From: a virus
Taxonomy: Duplodnaviria; Caudoviricetes
Length of the DNA: 61,833 nucleotides
IMG/VR virus record: IMGVR_UViG_3300032086_000660
Span: 1-61,833 of that record
Direction: 5' to 3' (one strand)
A model generated the notes under the pieces. It did no database searches and had not been told where the DNA came from. It saw nothing but the letters and a program-made list of their open reading frames with translations. This document shows, in pieces, positions 11,101 through 20,200 of the stretch (its first letter is position 1; each line of letters begins with the position of its first letter). Both the position numbers and the translations under genes were made by a program.

Positions 11101-14100
11101 GTCATCGCTCGCCTCTACGATTTGCTCTGGAGACATATTGACCATATCGTTGTAGTTTCCTCCGAAACCAGACATCTCAGCCCCTTCAGCAAACCAGTCA
11201 AGGTATCTCGCCATATCTCTTGCCTTCATAAACGGCTTGAGAGGTTCTATAATCTGCTCATAAAGCTTCTGAGCCTCTTGAGTACCACCAAAGAAAGTTT
11301 GGAAGCTACCTCCAGTAGCCATCATCTCTCTGTGTTGCACCCAGTGCTGTAGTTCGTGAACAAGGTATGTTCTTACAGCTGAAGGTGTTTTTACTTGTAT
11401 CTCTATCGTGTTCTGAGAAGGACTGTACCAAGCTTCTGCTCTACCAGTTCCGTCTTCAGCTACATTGATGTCGATAACAATATCTTTTGACTCTGGGTAC
11501 ACCTCGAATAGCTCTGTTTCTATTACGTCAGACAGCTTAGCTCCTTTAATATTTGTTCCAGCTTGTAGCTCTGCTTTGATTGTAGGATACTCTATTTCGT
11601 ATCTCCACTTGCCGTCTGCACCTAAAGTCCAACCAAACGACTCTTGAAGTATTCTTTCAGTCTCTTCCTCAGACTTTACGTCTTTAATCATATCGTAGAA
11701 CTGCTTGGCTTGCTCTAACCTTCCAGAAATCTCTGGTCTTAGGTTTCCGCTTTCGCCAATAATCTGAGCCTTGTCGCCAGTCTCTTGACCTTTGTCCTTT
11801 CTCTTACGCAGTCTCTCGATGTCGTTAGGGTCGATTGGCTCGCCTTCTCTCATAGAAGCAGCGATGTCCTTCATAATCTGAACACCTTGAGTTCTTGAAG
11901 GAATAGGTACTTCAAACCCAAGAGCATCACCGATTACCTCAGCAATCTTTCTCAGAATACCTTTTTCAATCTGAATATCAAACTTGCCAGCAGCAAGCAT
12001 TGCAATGAACTCAGTAACACCTTCCTCAGAACGGTTTCCAGCTTCGTATCCAGCAATAAATCTTTGGATAGCAGAACCTACTGCCACACCCTCAATGCCA
12101 GACTGCTTAACCATCTTAGCAATCTCACCGAATAGAGCATCAAAAGACTTGTTTCCAAGCACCTCTCCGAATGCACCGTGTGTTGCTTCGTGGTATCCAG
12201 TAGTAGAAACCATAGCTGGAGCAAGGAAGTGAATCTCGTTTCCCTTCATAAAGTAACCACGAGTAAGTTTATCCAGTCCAGTTGCATCTTTAAATGCTTG
12301 TGCGCTCGTATGCACGAACACCTTTGCATCTGGTCTTACTGCTTTGATAGCCTTAACAGCGTTTTCAATAGACTGAAGACCTTTGATGGCAGCGTCTTTA
12401 GTTGTTTTAAAACCTTCAAATACTTGCTCACCAATTGTTTCAAAGTGATTGATGAGGTCAGCCAAAAAGCCTTCTTTGCCATCGTATTCAATAGTAGGCT
12501 GTAGCTTACCCTTCTCCATTTCAAATGGAACGTATAGCTCTTTACCACCAGCATCAGAAACCGCTTGTTCAACCTCAGCTTGATTCTCTGCATAGAAGCT
12601 TTCCTCTTCCATTGTAAGCGATTCTCCTTGCTTAATCTTTTGTGCAATAGAGATTGCCTCAGCAGACATATTTGAAGCGCTCTGAACAGATTGTAGACCC
12701 TTGTATTTTTCTTCGATAGCAAGCTTCTCTTGGAAGTCTGCTTTAATCTCTGCTCCAAGTGCTGACTTCGCAGCTCCTTCTGGCATAGAGTTCCACTGGT
12801 CTACCTTGCTTTGGAATGTATCAGCAATCTGCATCAACTTAGCGTGGTCTTCTGGAGACTCTTGTCTGATTCTTTCGAAGAACTCAGCGTTCTGCTTGTT
12901 ACGCATACCCTCTTTTGCGAGAGCTTTAGCAAGCTGAGCGCCTATAATTCCTTTTGTTTTCTTGTCTGCTGCGTTTTGATATTCCTCAGACAACTGCTTA
13001 ATCACAGCTCTTGAACGCAACTTGTCCATACCCAAACCAAGCTTACCAGCAATGTGTAGGTTCTGAACCTCGAATGGTGCACGAACCGCTGTTGTTGCAG
13101 TCTGCATACCGCCAGTCATAAGAACAGCAGAGTCAACAGCCTCCATTAACGGCTCTTTTAGTCTTTCCCAAGTAGCTCGTTTGCCTTGTGCTTCAAGCTC
13201 GTATTTAGTTTGAACGAGAGCTGTAGCAGCTTCGGCTGCCGCCTCCTCTGAAACAGATGTTCCATAAGAGTATGCAGTTGCCTTGATAAACTCACCGAAT
13301 GTCTTTTTAGCGGCTTCGCCAGAAATACCCTTTAGTGCTGGGGTAATCATTCTGTTAAAGATGTGCGCAGAAACGCTTTCACCAAGACCTTCTGCAAGAC
13401 CGTTTACCGTTGCAAGGGTAACACGCTGGGCTGGGCTCATTTCAGAGAACCAATCTTGACCCATTACAGACATATAGTAAGAAGAACCGCTTAAAGCCCC
13501 CATACCTACTGTCGATGTAGTCATTGCTGCGAGCGACTTGCTGCCAGAAATAGTTAAACCAGCTGCTCTTGAAGCGCCTTGAAAGTAACCAGCACCAACC
13601 ATATATGGTGCAGACTTAGCAAGAAGAGTTAGCGACTCGTTTACAAGTACAAGAGGGTTCTCATTTATGGTTTGGTTACGACCAGTTAGAGCTTCGCCTA
13701 AATCTACATCGCCCATAACTCGTTGACCTTCCTTACTTCTATAGTATTCGAGACCGTCACGAACCTTTTTTAGTGCGTGTGAAACATCAAATAAGTCGTC
13801 ATCTCCAGAGTATTGAAGTCTCTTGTCTATTCTGTCCCCAAGACCATCGAGCCCTTTCCCAAGCTCCTCTGTAGCCATAACAGTTGTTTCGAGAGCACCA
13901 GCTATAAGTGCTAATCCAGAAACAGCCATTTCGGCAAACGAAACAGCCGCAACATTTAGGCTACTATCTAATATGTTTTTGTTGTAGATTTTTCCATCAC
14001 CAGTGAGGTCAATAGACACATTACCCCAGTGCATAGTGTTTTCAACATCCTTCAAAAACTCCTCGTCATTGCGAAGGTTTTCTGGAAGGTTTTGCATCAA

Positions 14101-14868
14101 GTTGGTTTTGAAAATATCGTTGTATTCTCTTCCGTACTTCTCGTAGTATTTAGCACGGATTTTTTCTTTGCGTGCTTCTGGGTCATCAGTATCCAGTTGC
14201 TCTGGCATACCTCTACGCTTCTTCTCTTCTTGAACTGCCTCGTATGCAGCAGCTGCATTTTTAGAAGGTCTGTATCTCGATGGTTTAGATATCGATAAGA
14301 GAACACTCTTGTCTTTTACCTCATTCTTTAACTTTGTATGTTTCCAAGACTCAAAGTCATCAAGCACACCCAGTTCTTCAGCGATATCTTCGTCAGTCGT
14401 AGTCAGTGCCTCGTCATATGCCTTAACCTCTTTCTGATAGTCTTCATCATTATCAATGAGGTGGTCAAACAAGTCGTTAGGACTGTTTATCTCTAAGTCG
14501 GGAGCTTTGATGTTTTTATAGTCGTTAAACGAGCTATAGTTGATGAGGTCAATCTTCTCCTTTGGAAACTTCTCTGTAATAGAAGAATCCAAGCGTGAAG
14601 CTTCTGCCAGCAATTCTGATTCTGTAAGTTCTGGTGTTCTTTTTTTTTTACGTTCTGCGAGAATAACGTCAATGTCGTTATCAGAGAAGTTACGCATCTT
14701 CAAGATGTCTGCAATCTCTCTATCAGACTTGTTGCTCTTTACAGAAGCCTCGAGAATCTTGTCGTAGTCAGTTTTACTTATCTTACGAGATGTGTCGTAA
14801 GTAGGTTCTTCTTTCTTTACAATTTTTGCTTCCGTTTGATAAACGTACTTAGAATCGTTACCAGCCAT
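5197..14868 (-). CDS. Giant polyvalent virion/ejected protein (zincin HExxH modules, two LPD23-like modules, C-terminal LPD38-like region)
   Basis: HEATH, HELQH and HEVQH motifs; GWTLGADGKWRYEI and GWYRGMDNLWRSEI; C-terminal NPEF..NF.RD, TINFNRSG, LYLFFNASVQG and KIPLPYG. Confidence 0.8.
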   Translation of the reverse strand: MAGNDSKYVYQTEAKIVKKEEPTYDTSRKISKTDYDKILEASVKSNKSDREIADILKMRNFSDNDIDVILAERKKKRTPELTESELLAEASRLDSSITEKFPKEKIDLINYSSFNDYKNIKAPDLEINSPNDLFDHLIDNDEDYQKEVKAYDEALTTTDEDIAEELGVLDDFESWKHTKLKNEVKDKSVLLSISKPSRYRPSKNAAAAYEAVQEEKKRRGMPEQLDTDDPEARKEKIRAKYYEKYGREYNDIFKTNLMQNLPENLRNDEEFLKDVENTMHWGNVSIDLTGDGKIYNKNILDSSLNVAAVSFAEMAVSGLALIAGALETTVMATEELGKGLDGLGDRIDKRLQYSGDDDLFDVSHALKKVRDGLEYYRSKEGQRVMGDVDLGEALTGRNQTINENPLVLVNESLTLLAKSAPYMVGAGYFQGASRAAGLTISGSKSLAAMTTSTVGMGALSGSSYYMSVMGQDWFSEMSPAQRVTLATVNGLAEGLGESVSAHIFNRMITPALKGISGEAAKKTFGEFIKATAYSYGTSVSEEAAAEAATALVQTKYELEAQGKRATWERLKEPLMEAVDSAVLMTGGMQTATTAVRAPFEVQNLHIAGKLGLGMDKLRSRAVIKQLSEEYQNAADKKTKGIIGAQLAKALAKEGMRNKQNAEFFERIRQESPEDHAKLMQIADTFQSKVDQWNSMPEGAAKSALGAEIKADFQEKLAIEEKYKGLQSVQSASNMSAEAISIAQKIKQGESLTMEEESFYAENQAEVEQAVSDAGGKELYVPFEMEKGKLQPTIEYDGKEGFLADLINHFETIGEQVFEGFKTTKDAAIKGLQSIENAVKAIKAVRPDAKVFVHTSAQAFKDATGLDKLTRGYFMKGNEIHFLAPAMVSTTGYHEATHGAFGEVLGNKSFDALFGEIAKMVKQSGIEGVAVGSAIQRFIAGYEAGNRSEEGVTEFIAMLAAGKFDIQIEKGILRKIAEVIGDALGFEVPIPSRTQGVQIMKDIAASMREGEPIDPNDIERLRKRKDKGQETGDKAQIIGESGNLRPEISGRLEQAKQFYDMIKDVKSEEETERILQESFGWTLGADGKWRYEIEYPTIKAELQAGTNIKGAKLSDVIETELFEVYPESKDIVIDINVAEDGTGRAEAWYSPSQNTIEIQVKTPSAVRTYLVHELQHWVQHREMMATGGSFQTFFGGTQEAQKLYEQIIEPLKPFMKARDMARYLDWFAEGAEMSGFGGNYNDMVNMSPEQIVEASDDILDEEQAEELIEFLSNLDEDILNGMTENIEENGWWDYKGHQYMANAAFDYWDEVVRKSDSANGYQLYQRLAGEVESRNAETRSYYSVEQLRQKPLSTTEDVAREDQILVYPQIDITKQNFEDGSVAAQADESFISPEAGKAQVITGDAPTFSLQEALKQTEGRVLVITSDNTGIGEVDGKDVMGGIGYSFIEENLRDGVGFASVSQESVTKIKNMVQSIGNGKDVTVLIMQQAPDGMLGNFYAADYLAEAITETFKDDRKQAAAEIKERLMSLTPIKNSGELDLVEKFIDGIANGSKSEAVAEVVDKMSFPLRKAIVKSLLPKGYGKVKGVERINPNARVAVSLSKRMAEAGFSQVDFWRKYSSPETRTDEYIEGALNGDWGYTYSGFVTNPSLDWGESFQQNSGIAHPQFNAKLPSKQTFKLDGGYQVDKAFKDLLTFGYNQEKGMYTVPPFGLKQSTSQSIFAGSFQESTQEAVLDLVALPDTDPFNQYHKLSSTPEGKAQIIGEIGAMAGGRLEENLNLAREMEEAGKGREAIFFATGWYRGMDNLWRSEINYGFVKGSTLNILSDMYGENASLNPMLELITKKVKGRTKTVGIKMKLEDFLENKALYRMYPSLKEYSFIIEKFSNPLLQGEHNSYSKEISVSWDNFFEKTELGIKPIRKKKGTFGGDFTELMNTVYHEVQHAVQHIEQFDEGYNTGRISGDARYSGTRSRRSAEAQLKTANNLTEKILEIERNGDFIGSLKELWRIVTNEDFENVDWALNDLYDFNMSSLSEFIESRGDIVDAVKNSDGVTWLTSRAPYSSSLRKAVITANLESRDQVNTEVLEELRSKMKDFAERNKDFISLLYAVEAMQKDKTMKGTKWMLETLNADSLNYFKEVARNVAQGAALNVKRFTEKMTGGRASDYQVYQGKLGEAEARFVGQRGTQKVKNRTPAFHELYPDVSRDEIWMSPPAYAFKRLAKIEAKRKAIERANKALDNLSLDPMERADMEAENQKNIDKVSEEIKILLNKMNDKSQKGKAQLIEGTQEYDLFKKEFQEELIRNGVENFVETQGGAYRLFEHLRFKFADKYQPLQNLQKSIEKAQGRVLRSDANFRRAEALMHGKAAEDARQFEEQKLKPLMDKMIEYGVTNEQISEYLYALHARERNEFVKNTIDPANEAGSGMTNEVADAIIKKYEGDKARMDELADMVYEITEASRKMMLDFGLINKAQYDSFGMFENYVPLVGTAVTPTSDLFDFTDTRSSQDMSRGGGIAIFGKEYRQVSGRFSEAQSPLETVISNHLRTISRGRKNEVLQVLLEMVQQNKDAKAWEVFTEENPDMRVRVASRGESIFIEEATGEEYEYELRRRMAGVAMAGNNDYVPVKVKGKTFYIKFNDKRITRTLNDGGVAKTNMLVKALSKASRHFTRVFTSWNPEFIFANFTRDIQTAMYNQMAEQDMELSNISGQDFVLESLRNVPNAIKGVFQYEKGNREGMDSETKAFYEEYLKSGAKTDWFLLKSAEEIEKEMLKYIEKTKPITDEASLRDKARAVGVKGTASLSEVAKFVDVANTSIENGIRFGAYIAARKNGVPADQAAEFVKELTINFNRSGELGAVANSLYLFFNASVQGSTRLLRSVVKSKKAQKVAGGMMAFSALLTMMNIAVGGEDEDGIPMYNKIPEYERERFLIIMYGSERGNYFKIPLPYGVSMFFNMGTALSETAFGVSTPAESASFLLNGIVGSFSPISLSKSSDLGGSLLKSATPTVLKPIVELQLNENFFGSPIYKKDFYYSADTPDSQRPTKHAAEWAKTMAVFLNKATGGSDYEKGMVDLSPDTIEYLFTFLSGGTGKFINRTMDTGQKLYKGKAGDIEFNDVPLARQFLGTVRESEAAGRYYETRREILKQKNKAIGALKSGEPMTAEMKQLNRLLNLDKQVQSKVKKLAEAEKRAERIEDPVKRQELLDKLHDKKIAIYQQFNGYYYKMKQK

Positions 14869-14888
14869 ATCAGAATTAGTGTATTAGG

Positions 14889-14896
14889 CAAATTTA
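14889..14896 (-). promoter_or_regulatory. Bacteroidota -7 promoter box
   Basis: TAAATTTG (TAnnTTTG) about 20 nt upstream of the polyvalent protein ATG. Confidence 0.6.
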
Positions 14897-14928
14897 CAAA
14901 ATATTACCTAACGCTCTGATAATCAGTC

Positions 14929-16392
14929 CTACTCTTCTCCAGCTAAAATCTCGTCAGCTACTTGGTCACCTATACCATCTTGTTGCAAACGACTGACCAC
15001 TTGTTGACCAGTTTCCATTTGTACTTTCTGGCTAAGCAATCCGCCCATTGTTTCACCAAAGGTTCTGTTTAGCTCTCTTGGGTCGAATACACGAATCTTA
15101 ACAAACTTCTTCTGAGCCGCCTTGAGGTCTGGTAGGCTCTTCCAGTATTCCAAGCGCTCTTGCATACTCATATCTTTTGGAGCACCCTCGTCTTCAATAG
15201 TGATGTCTGTAGATAGTAGGTCGTCAAAAGAACCGTCCTTGATTTTTTCTGCTGGCACTTTTATAATGAAGTGGTCAAGATTACCGTTTTGGTCAAAGTA
15301 AATCTTGTCTACCTTCTGACCCTCAGCCTTGTCGTACGAAATATCAAGAGCCTTCATATCCATAGAGTACAAGTCGATGTCCATAGTCTGTCCGTCTGGA
15401 CGCACAAGCTGCATTTTCTTGTGGATATCTAAAGGTCTGTCAAGTATACGCTTTTCGTTAGCACCTAAGCTAAATCCAGTTCCATCGTCATCTGGGTCTC
15501 TTCCGTATTCCTTTTCAAGTCTGTTTTTGATATCTCTTGTGTAAGAGCTCCAAGCAGCGCTGTGACCTTTCTCGTCTTCAGAATACTTTTCAATAGCTTC
15601 ACGCTTCTCCGCTGGAGATAGCTGTCTGTTATCTTTTGCACGACCTAAAACATCTCTGTAATAATAGATGGCTGCCGCATCACGATACTCTTTGCTGTCT
15701 CTATCAATCTGAAGCTGACCGTCAATCCTTGTAGCGACATCGCTCCAGCTGTCATCTTCCTCTACGTTTAGTAGGTTTCTATAACCAGCAGATGCTTCTG
15801 AAGGGATAGCCAGTTTCGGCACTTCTGTAGCCTTTTCTAAGATGTAGTCACTCTTTCCAGCGTTGATGTTCTTGACATCAGAATAAATAGTGTTCTGCCA
15901 AGCAACAGTTTCTCCATTGTCTTTGACTACAAGCAAACCAGTCTTAGGGTCAAGTGTTGGTTCTTCATCAAAACCAGTTTCCATAACCGCAGTCCATTGA
16001 CCGTCTACTTCTGCTTGCCCACCGAGTACACCTTCAAAACCAGCCTCGTATGCTGCGTTTCTTGCAGCGGCAGCTCTATCGTAACGAGCCTTTCCTACTG
16101 CAAGTGTGCTCATTAGCTCGTTCTTTAGGTCTGTGTATCTTTGTAGGTCAGCTTGACTACCGCTCTTGCGATAGCTAATGTATGCATCTTGCATACCCTT
16201 TACATACGCTTGAGATGCTTGAACGTGCTTCTGAGGCATAAACCCACGAGTAGCAGCAGCGTAAGCCTCTTGCTTCTTTAGGTCTTCACCAGTCTTTTCT
16301 CGTTTAGCTACCTCTTGCTTCGCTTGTTCAAATGCAAGTTTACCGAGCTTTGGTTGCTGGAATACTTGCTGACTAATCATCTTATCAAGCAT
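14929..16392 (-). CDS. Putative ejected (cargo) virion protein
   Basis: Helical composition; lies between the tail genes and the giant protein. Confidence 0.5.
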   Translation of the reverse strand: MLDKMISQQVFQQPKLGKLAFEQAKQEVAKREKTGEDLKKQEAYAAATRGFMPQKHVQASQAYVKGMQDAYISYRKSGSQADLQRYTDLKNELMSTLAVGKARYDRAAAARNAAYEAGFEGVLGGQAEVDGQWTAVMETGFDEEPTLDPKTGLLVVKDNGETVAWQNTIYSDVKNINAGKSDYILEKATEVPKLAIPSEASAGYRNLLNVEEDDSWSDVATRIDGQLQIDRDSKEYRDAAAIYYYRDVLGRAKDNRQLSPAEKREAIEKYSEDEKGHSAAWSSYTRDIKNRLEKEYGRDPDDDGTGFSLGANEKRILDRPLDIHKKMQLVRPDGQTMDIDLYSMDMKALDISYDKAEGQKVDKIYFDQNGNLDHFIIKVPAEKIKDGSFDDLLSTDITIEDEGAPKDMSMQERLEYWKSLPDLKAAQKKFVKIRVFDPRELNRTFGETMGGLLSQKVQMETGQQVVSRLQQDGIGDQVADEILAGEE

Positions 16393-16394
16393 AC

Positions 16395-17243
16395 TTATTT
16401 CTTTTTAGCCTCCTTTGCGAACTTCTTAAACAGTTTTCTTGCGTACTCGCTTTGCTCTGCAATCTGCTTCGCTTGTTCTGGGTTAATAACGTATTCACCT
16501 CCAGTGGCTTCTCCTACTTTTTCACCGTTTTGAATTAAGTGGATAGGGTTATCCTTGTGACTGAATTTACCTTTAGTCATCATACCTCCGTCTTCGAGGA
16601 ATGTTTTTGCAAGGAAGTTCGCACCCATTTTAGCATACTTACCACCGATTTGATTCAAAACACTGCCTATAACTCCGGGCTTTTGTTCTTCTCCAAGCAT
16701 CTTGTTAGCCATAGACTGGTAAGCCATATTCTCAGCGCCACCAGCAATTGCTTGTCCGATATTCTGTGTACCAGCTTGGAAAGAAGCCTCTACTCTTGCT
16801 CGTTCTTGGTTGAAAGCATCAATCTTTCTTCCTTGAGCTTCTGATTCAGCAGCAGCGAGTTGCTGACCAGCTTGCATACGCATAGCACGTTCATCAGCAA
16901 GCATTTTGTTCATACCCATCTGACGTTGCGCTTCAATACTTCCGAGACCACCTACTAACGCTCTGCCTCCTCCACTCTGAAGGGCATCAAGATTTGCACC
17001 GTATGCTCTGTTAATAGCATCAGTTTCCATACGAGCCAACTGGCTATCGTAAGCATTCTTGTAGTTTTCGTAGTATTGCTCTGGTGTATCAAGAGATGGA
17101 GCAGATGCCTTTAATCTTGCATACTCCTTTTCAGCTTTCTTGCGCTGATGTATTCCGTGTAGAGCTTGTGCACCCGCAAGTCCAGCTTGAAGTAGCATAC
17201 CTCCACCGAAGTATTTTTTTGGTTTATTTCTCTTTGAACGCAT
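16395..17243 (-). CDS. Putative DNA ejection/pilot protein
   Basis: Ala/Gly/Gln-rich with hydrophobic glycine-zipper-like segments; position after the tail stabilisation gene. Confidence 0.55.
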   Translation of the reverse strand: MRSKRNKPKKYFGGGMLLQAGLAGAQALHGIHQRKKAEKEYARLKASAPSLDTPEQYYENYKNAYDSQLARMETDAINRAYGANLDALQSGGGRALVGGLGSIEAQRQMGMNKMLADERAMRMQAGQQLAAAESEAQGRKIDAFNQERARVEASFQAGTQNIGQAIAGGAENMAYQSMANKMLGEEQKPGVIGSVLNQIGGKYAKMGANFLAKTFLEDGGMMTKGKFSHKDNPIHLIQNGEKVGEATGGEYVINPEQAKQIAEQSEYARKLFKKFAKEAKKK

Positions 17244-17247
17244 ATTG

Positions 17248-17255
17248 CAAATTTA
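17248..17255 (-). promoter_or_regulatory. Bacteroidota -7 promoter box
   Basis: TAAATTTG immediately upstream of the ejection gene. Confidence 0.45.
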
Positions 17256-17261
17256 ATGTTT

Positions 17262-20200
17262 TTAGTTGACTCTATCGTTATGCAGTCGTGACCTATCAAA
17301 ATGTGTAGACAGTGCGTGTACCTCGAAAGGAGTTGTATCAGAGCTCTCTATTTTAATCTTCAAGAATACATCTCTCATAGGGTCTCCATCTACTCTTGCA
17401 GCGTGCTCAACAAACACATTGTCTCCAGCAGAGATGTTACTGATATTTGTAGTACACTGAATAGTTTTTCTTCCGTCAATACCGCTAATCTCCATACCAG
17501 TTCCAGTCAATGTTGAACCAGATGCTGTTTTAAGAACATCACCCACAACAAATGGAATTGTGTTAATCGGTGTAGTGAATGTTACCTTGTCTCCAGATAC
17601 AGAGTCAACCTTTCCTAAGTATATCTGATGCTCTGTAGATTTAAGCGTATCACGAGGTATCATAGCGTATCTATGACCTTCACGAACATCAAAGTCAGAA
17701 GTGCCTATAGTTGTACTCTGCTCTGAGTTGCTTACAGTTGAAGACCAAGTACCGTTTCCTTCTACAGCGAGTGCTTCATAAACCTTAATCATAGATGGGT
17801 TTCTGTTGCTCACTACCTCAATCATAGAATCGTACTGAGTATTGTAGAAGTTGTTTCTTGTCGTGTTTACGTTATGCTCCCAAACAAGTCTGTTGTCTTC
17901 GTTATCAAAGAAGCTGTACAAGTCGTTGTTGATGTTCACATAAGAGGTAGGCTTGAAGCTGTACTTGCTTCCCCATACACCTTCCTTGTGCTTGTATGCT
18001 ACGGTAAACCCTTCTTCTTTTTCTGTTGCTGCCCCAACGGTAATGCTATCACCTTGACAAGTGGTAGATGGAAGGGTAATCTGTCCAGTAGACAAGTTTA
18101 CTTGACCTATTGCGCTGAAGCTGTAAGAAGAGTCAGTAACAAGAACATCAATGGTAGAGGTACTGCCTAAGTAAGATAAGTCAACAACAACACCTTGCGC
18201 ATTGAATGCTGAGTCTACAAAAACAACTCCGTTTCCTACATCGTCCCAATCACCACAGAATGTGTTCCACACGTTGCCCCATACGTTCCATAGAACCGTG
18301 TTCTGTACATATGTGATTCCTTGAATGGTAAACTCTGCGTTTGCATCAACTGGGATGTTATTTGTATCAGAGCCAATGGTTAGCTGCGAGTTGTATACTG
18401 GTTCTACAGTTACAAGGTACTCATCGTTGTCTGGGTCGAAACCACCTACTACACGAATCTTCTCGGTAATTGAAAGCAAGCTCTTGAACTTGTCCTCAAA
18501 GAAGCTGTTCATTCCCTTGTCGCTAATAAGCGTGATACCATCAGTAGACAGTCTTACAATCTTTCCAGCCTTAGCGTCTGCATAGTACACAACTCCAAAT
18601 CGCTCTACAACTGACTCTGGGTTACCAGATGTTCCGAAGTCTCCAGCGTAGTAGCTTGGCTGAGACAGTACATTTCTTGATACAGTTACACCAGCTTGAC
18701 CGTTTGCGTACTCGATTACATTTCTGTTTACTGGTATCTGAGATGCCTTGCTGTCTTGCAGACAAGTGAGTGAATCAGCTCTGTTAATCAGAGAGTCGAT
18801 ACCACCATACTTGATGTCTACGTCTGACCAGTTGGCAAGAGACAGATTAAAGCTACTTAGGTTGAGCTTATCCGAGTCTATAACGAATGGGTCAGAGTAT
18901 GTAATAGAAGCTCTTCTGCGAAGTCTTTTTGCTTCTGGAATATGTGCGAATGGTCTACCAGTAGAACCAAACTTAGAGTCAAAGAAATCACTAACAGAAT
19001 AGTCTTCTGCGTACTTGACCATAGATGCAATGATGTTTGCCTTCACAAAATCGGTGTCATCAATCTGCTCTTCTTTCGTGAACATTACACGAGGTCTAAA
19101 GTAAGCATCGCCTACATTTAAGTCGATAACAGCGTCTGGGTTGCTTACCGTGAATGCGTATGTAGCAAGAGGTAAAGGCGTTGCGCTATTGTCGTCTGCG
19201 TAGAAATAGTATGTGCTTCCGTCTTTGTATACGTTGCGAACAGTAAGTGTTCCAGCGCTTGTAGTAAGAACATCGCCTTTAAACACTCGTACAGCTGTCT
19301 GTGCAAATGCAATTCCGTTAGTATTAGAGTCAATCTGAGCGTTCAGAGAGGTAAAGTTTCTCATATCAGAGTGAGTACCGCTATTACAGTCATACACCTT
19401 ACCAAGCTCATAGTATACTCGGTCTTCTGTTTTCTTGTCCTTGCGGAATACCTCTACGACACATCTTTTAAACCAGCCGCTTGAATCGTTGGCTACGGCA
19501 GATGTGTTAAATGATGGAGCAGTCGGATTGTTCTTGATTACCAAGAAATCACCAGTGGTTGCCTCGATAGCATCCTTGCTTCTTCTGCTAAGAATAGGGT
19601 TGGTATCAAGGTCGTTTACAAGTGTTCTGTGGTCTACCACCTCAAACTCTTTCTTTGTTCTTTGACCTCCATCGTATTCTACGATTCTTAGTCTGTCTCC
19701 TTTCTCGAATTGATACTTGATGTCCGCACCAGTTGCTTTTGTGTAGCTGTCTGGTTTATGGAACAAGCTGTTTAGAGAGAGGTATATAGTGTCTTGTATA
19801 GAGAATCCACTTGTTTCTCCAGTAGATTTAGGTAGGAAAGCACCCTTTACTGAGTACATCAGCTTGGTTTCGGTTTCCCCTTTTCCTACATATACTGGCA
19901 TCCAAGTTCTCGCCCAGCTTGGTGCGCTGTGCTTTAGTCTCATAACGATAGATGCTCTACCGTGTAAGTCGTCTTCTTGGGTTCTGTCGTTTAAGTGTTT
20001 TACATAGACATCACCAGCCTCTTGTACGCCACCAGCACGACCTCTGTTATCGAAATAAACCACACCCATCTTGTGTGCAGAGCCAGACTTAAATGTCTTA
20101 CCACTGTCTAAGTATTTAGCGGCAAATGAACCCCCGTTGTTTATGGTTAAATCTACTTCTTGGAATCCGCCATACGGCTGATAAGAAGAGCCAGTTAAAT

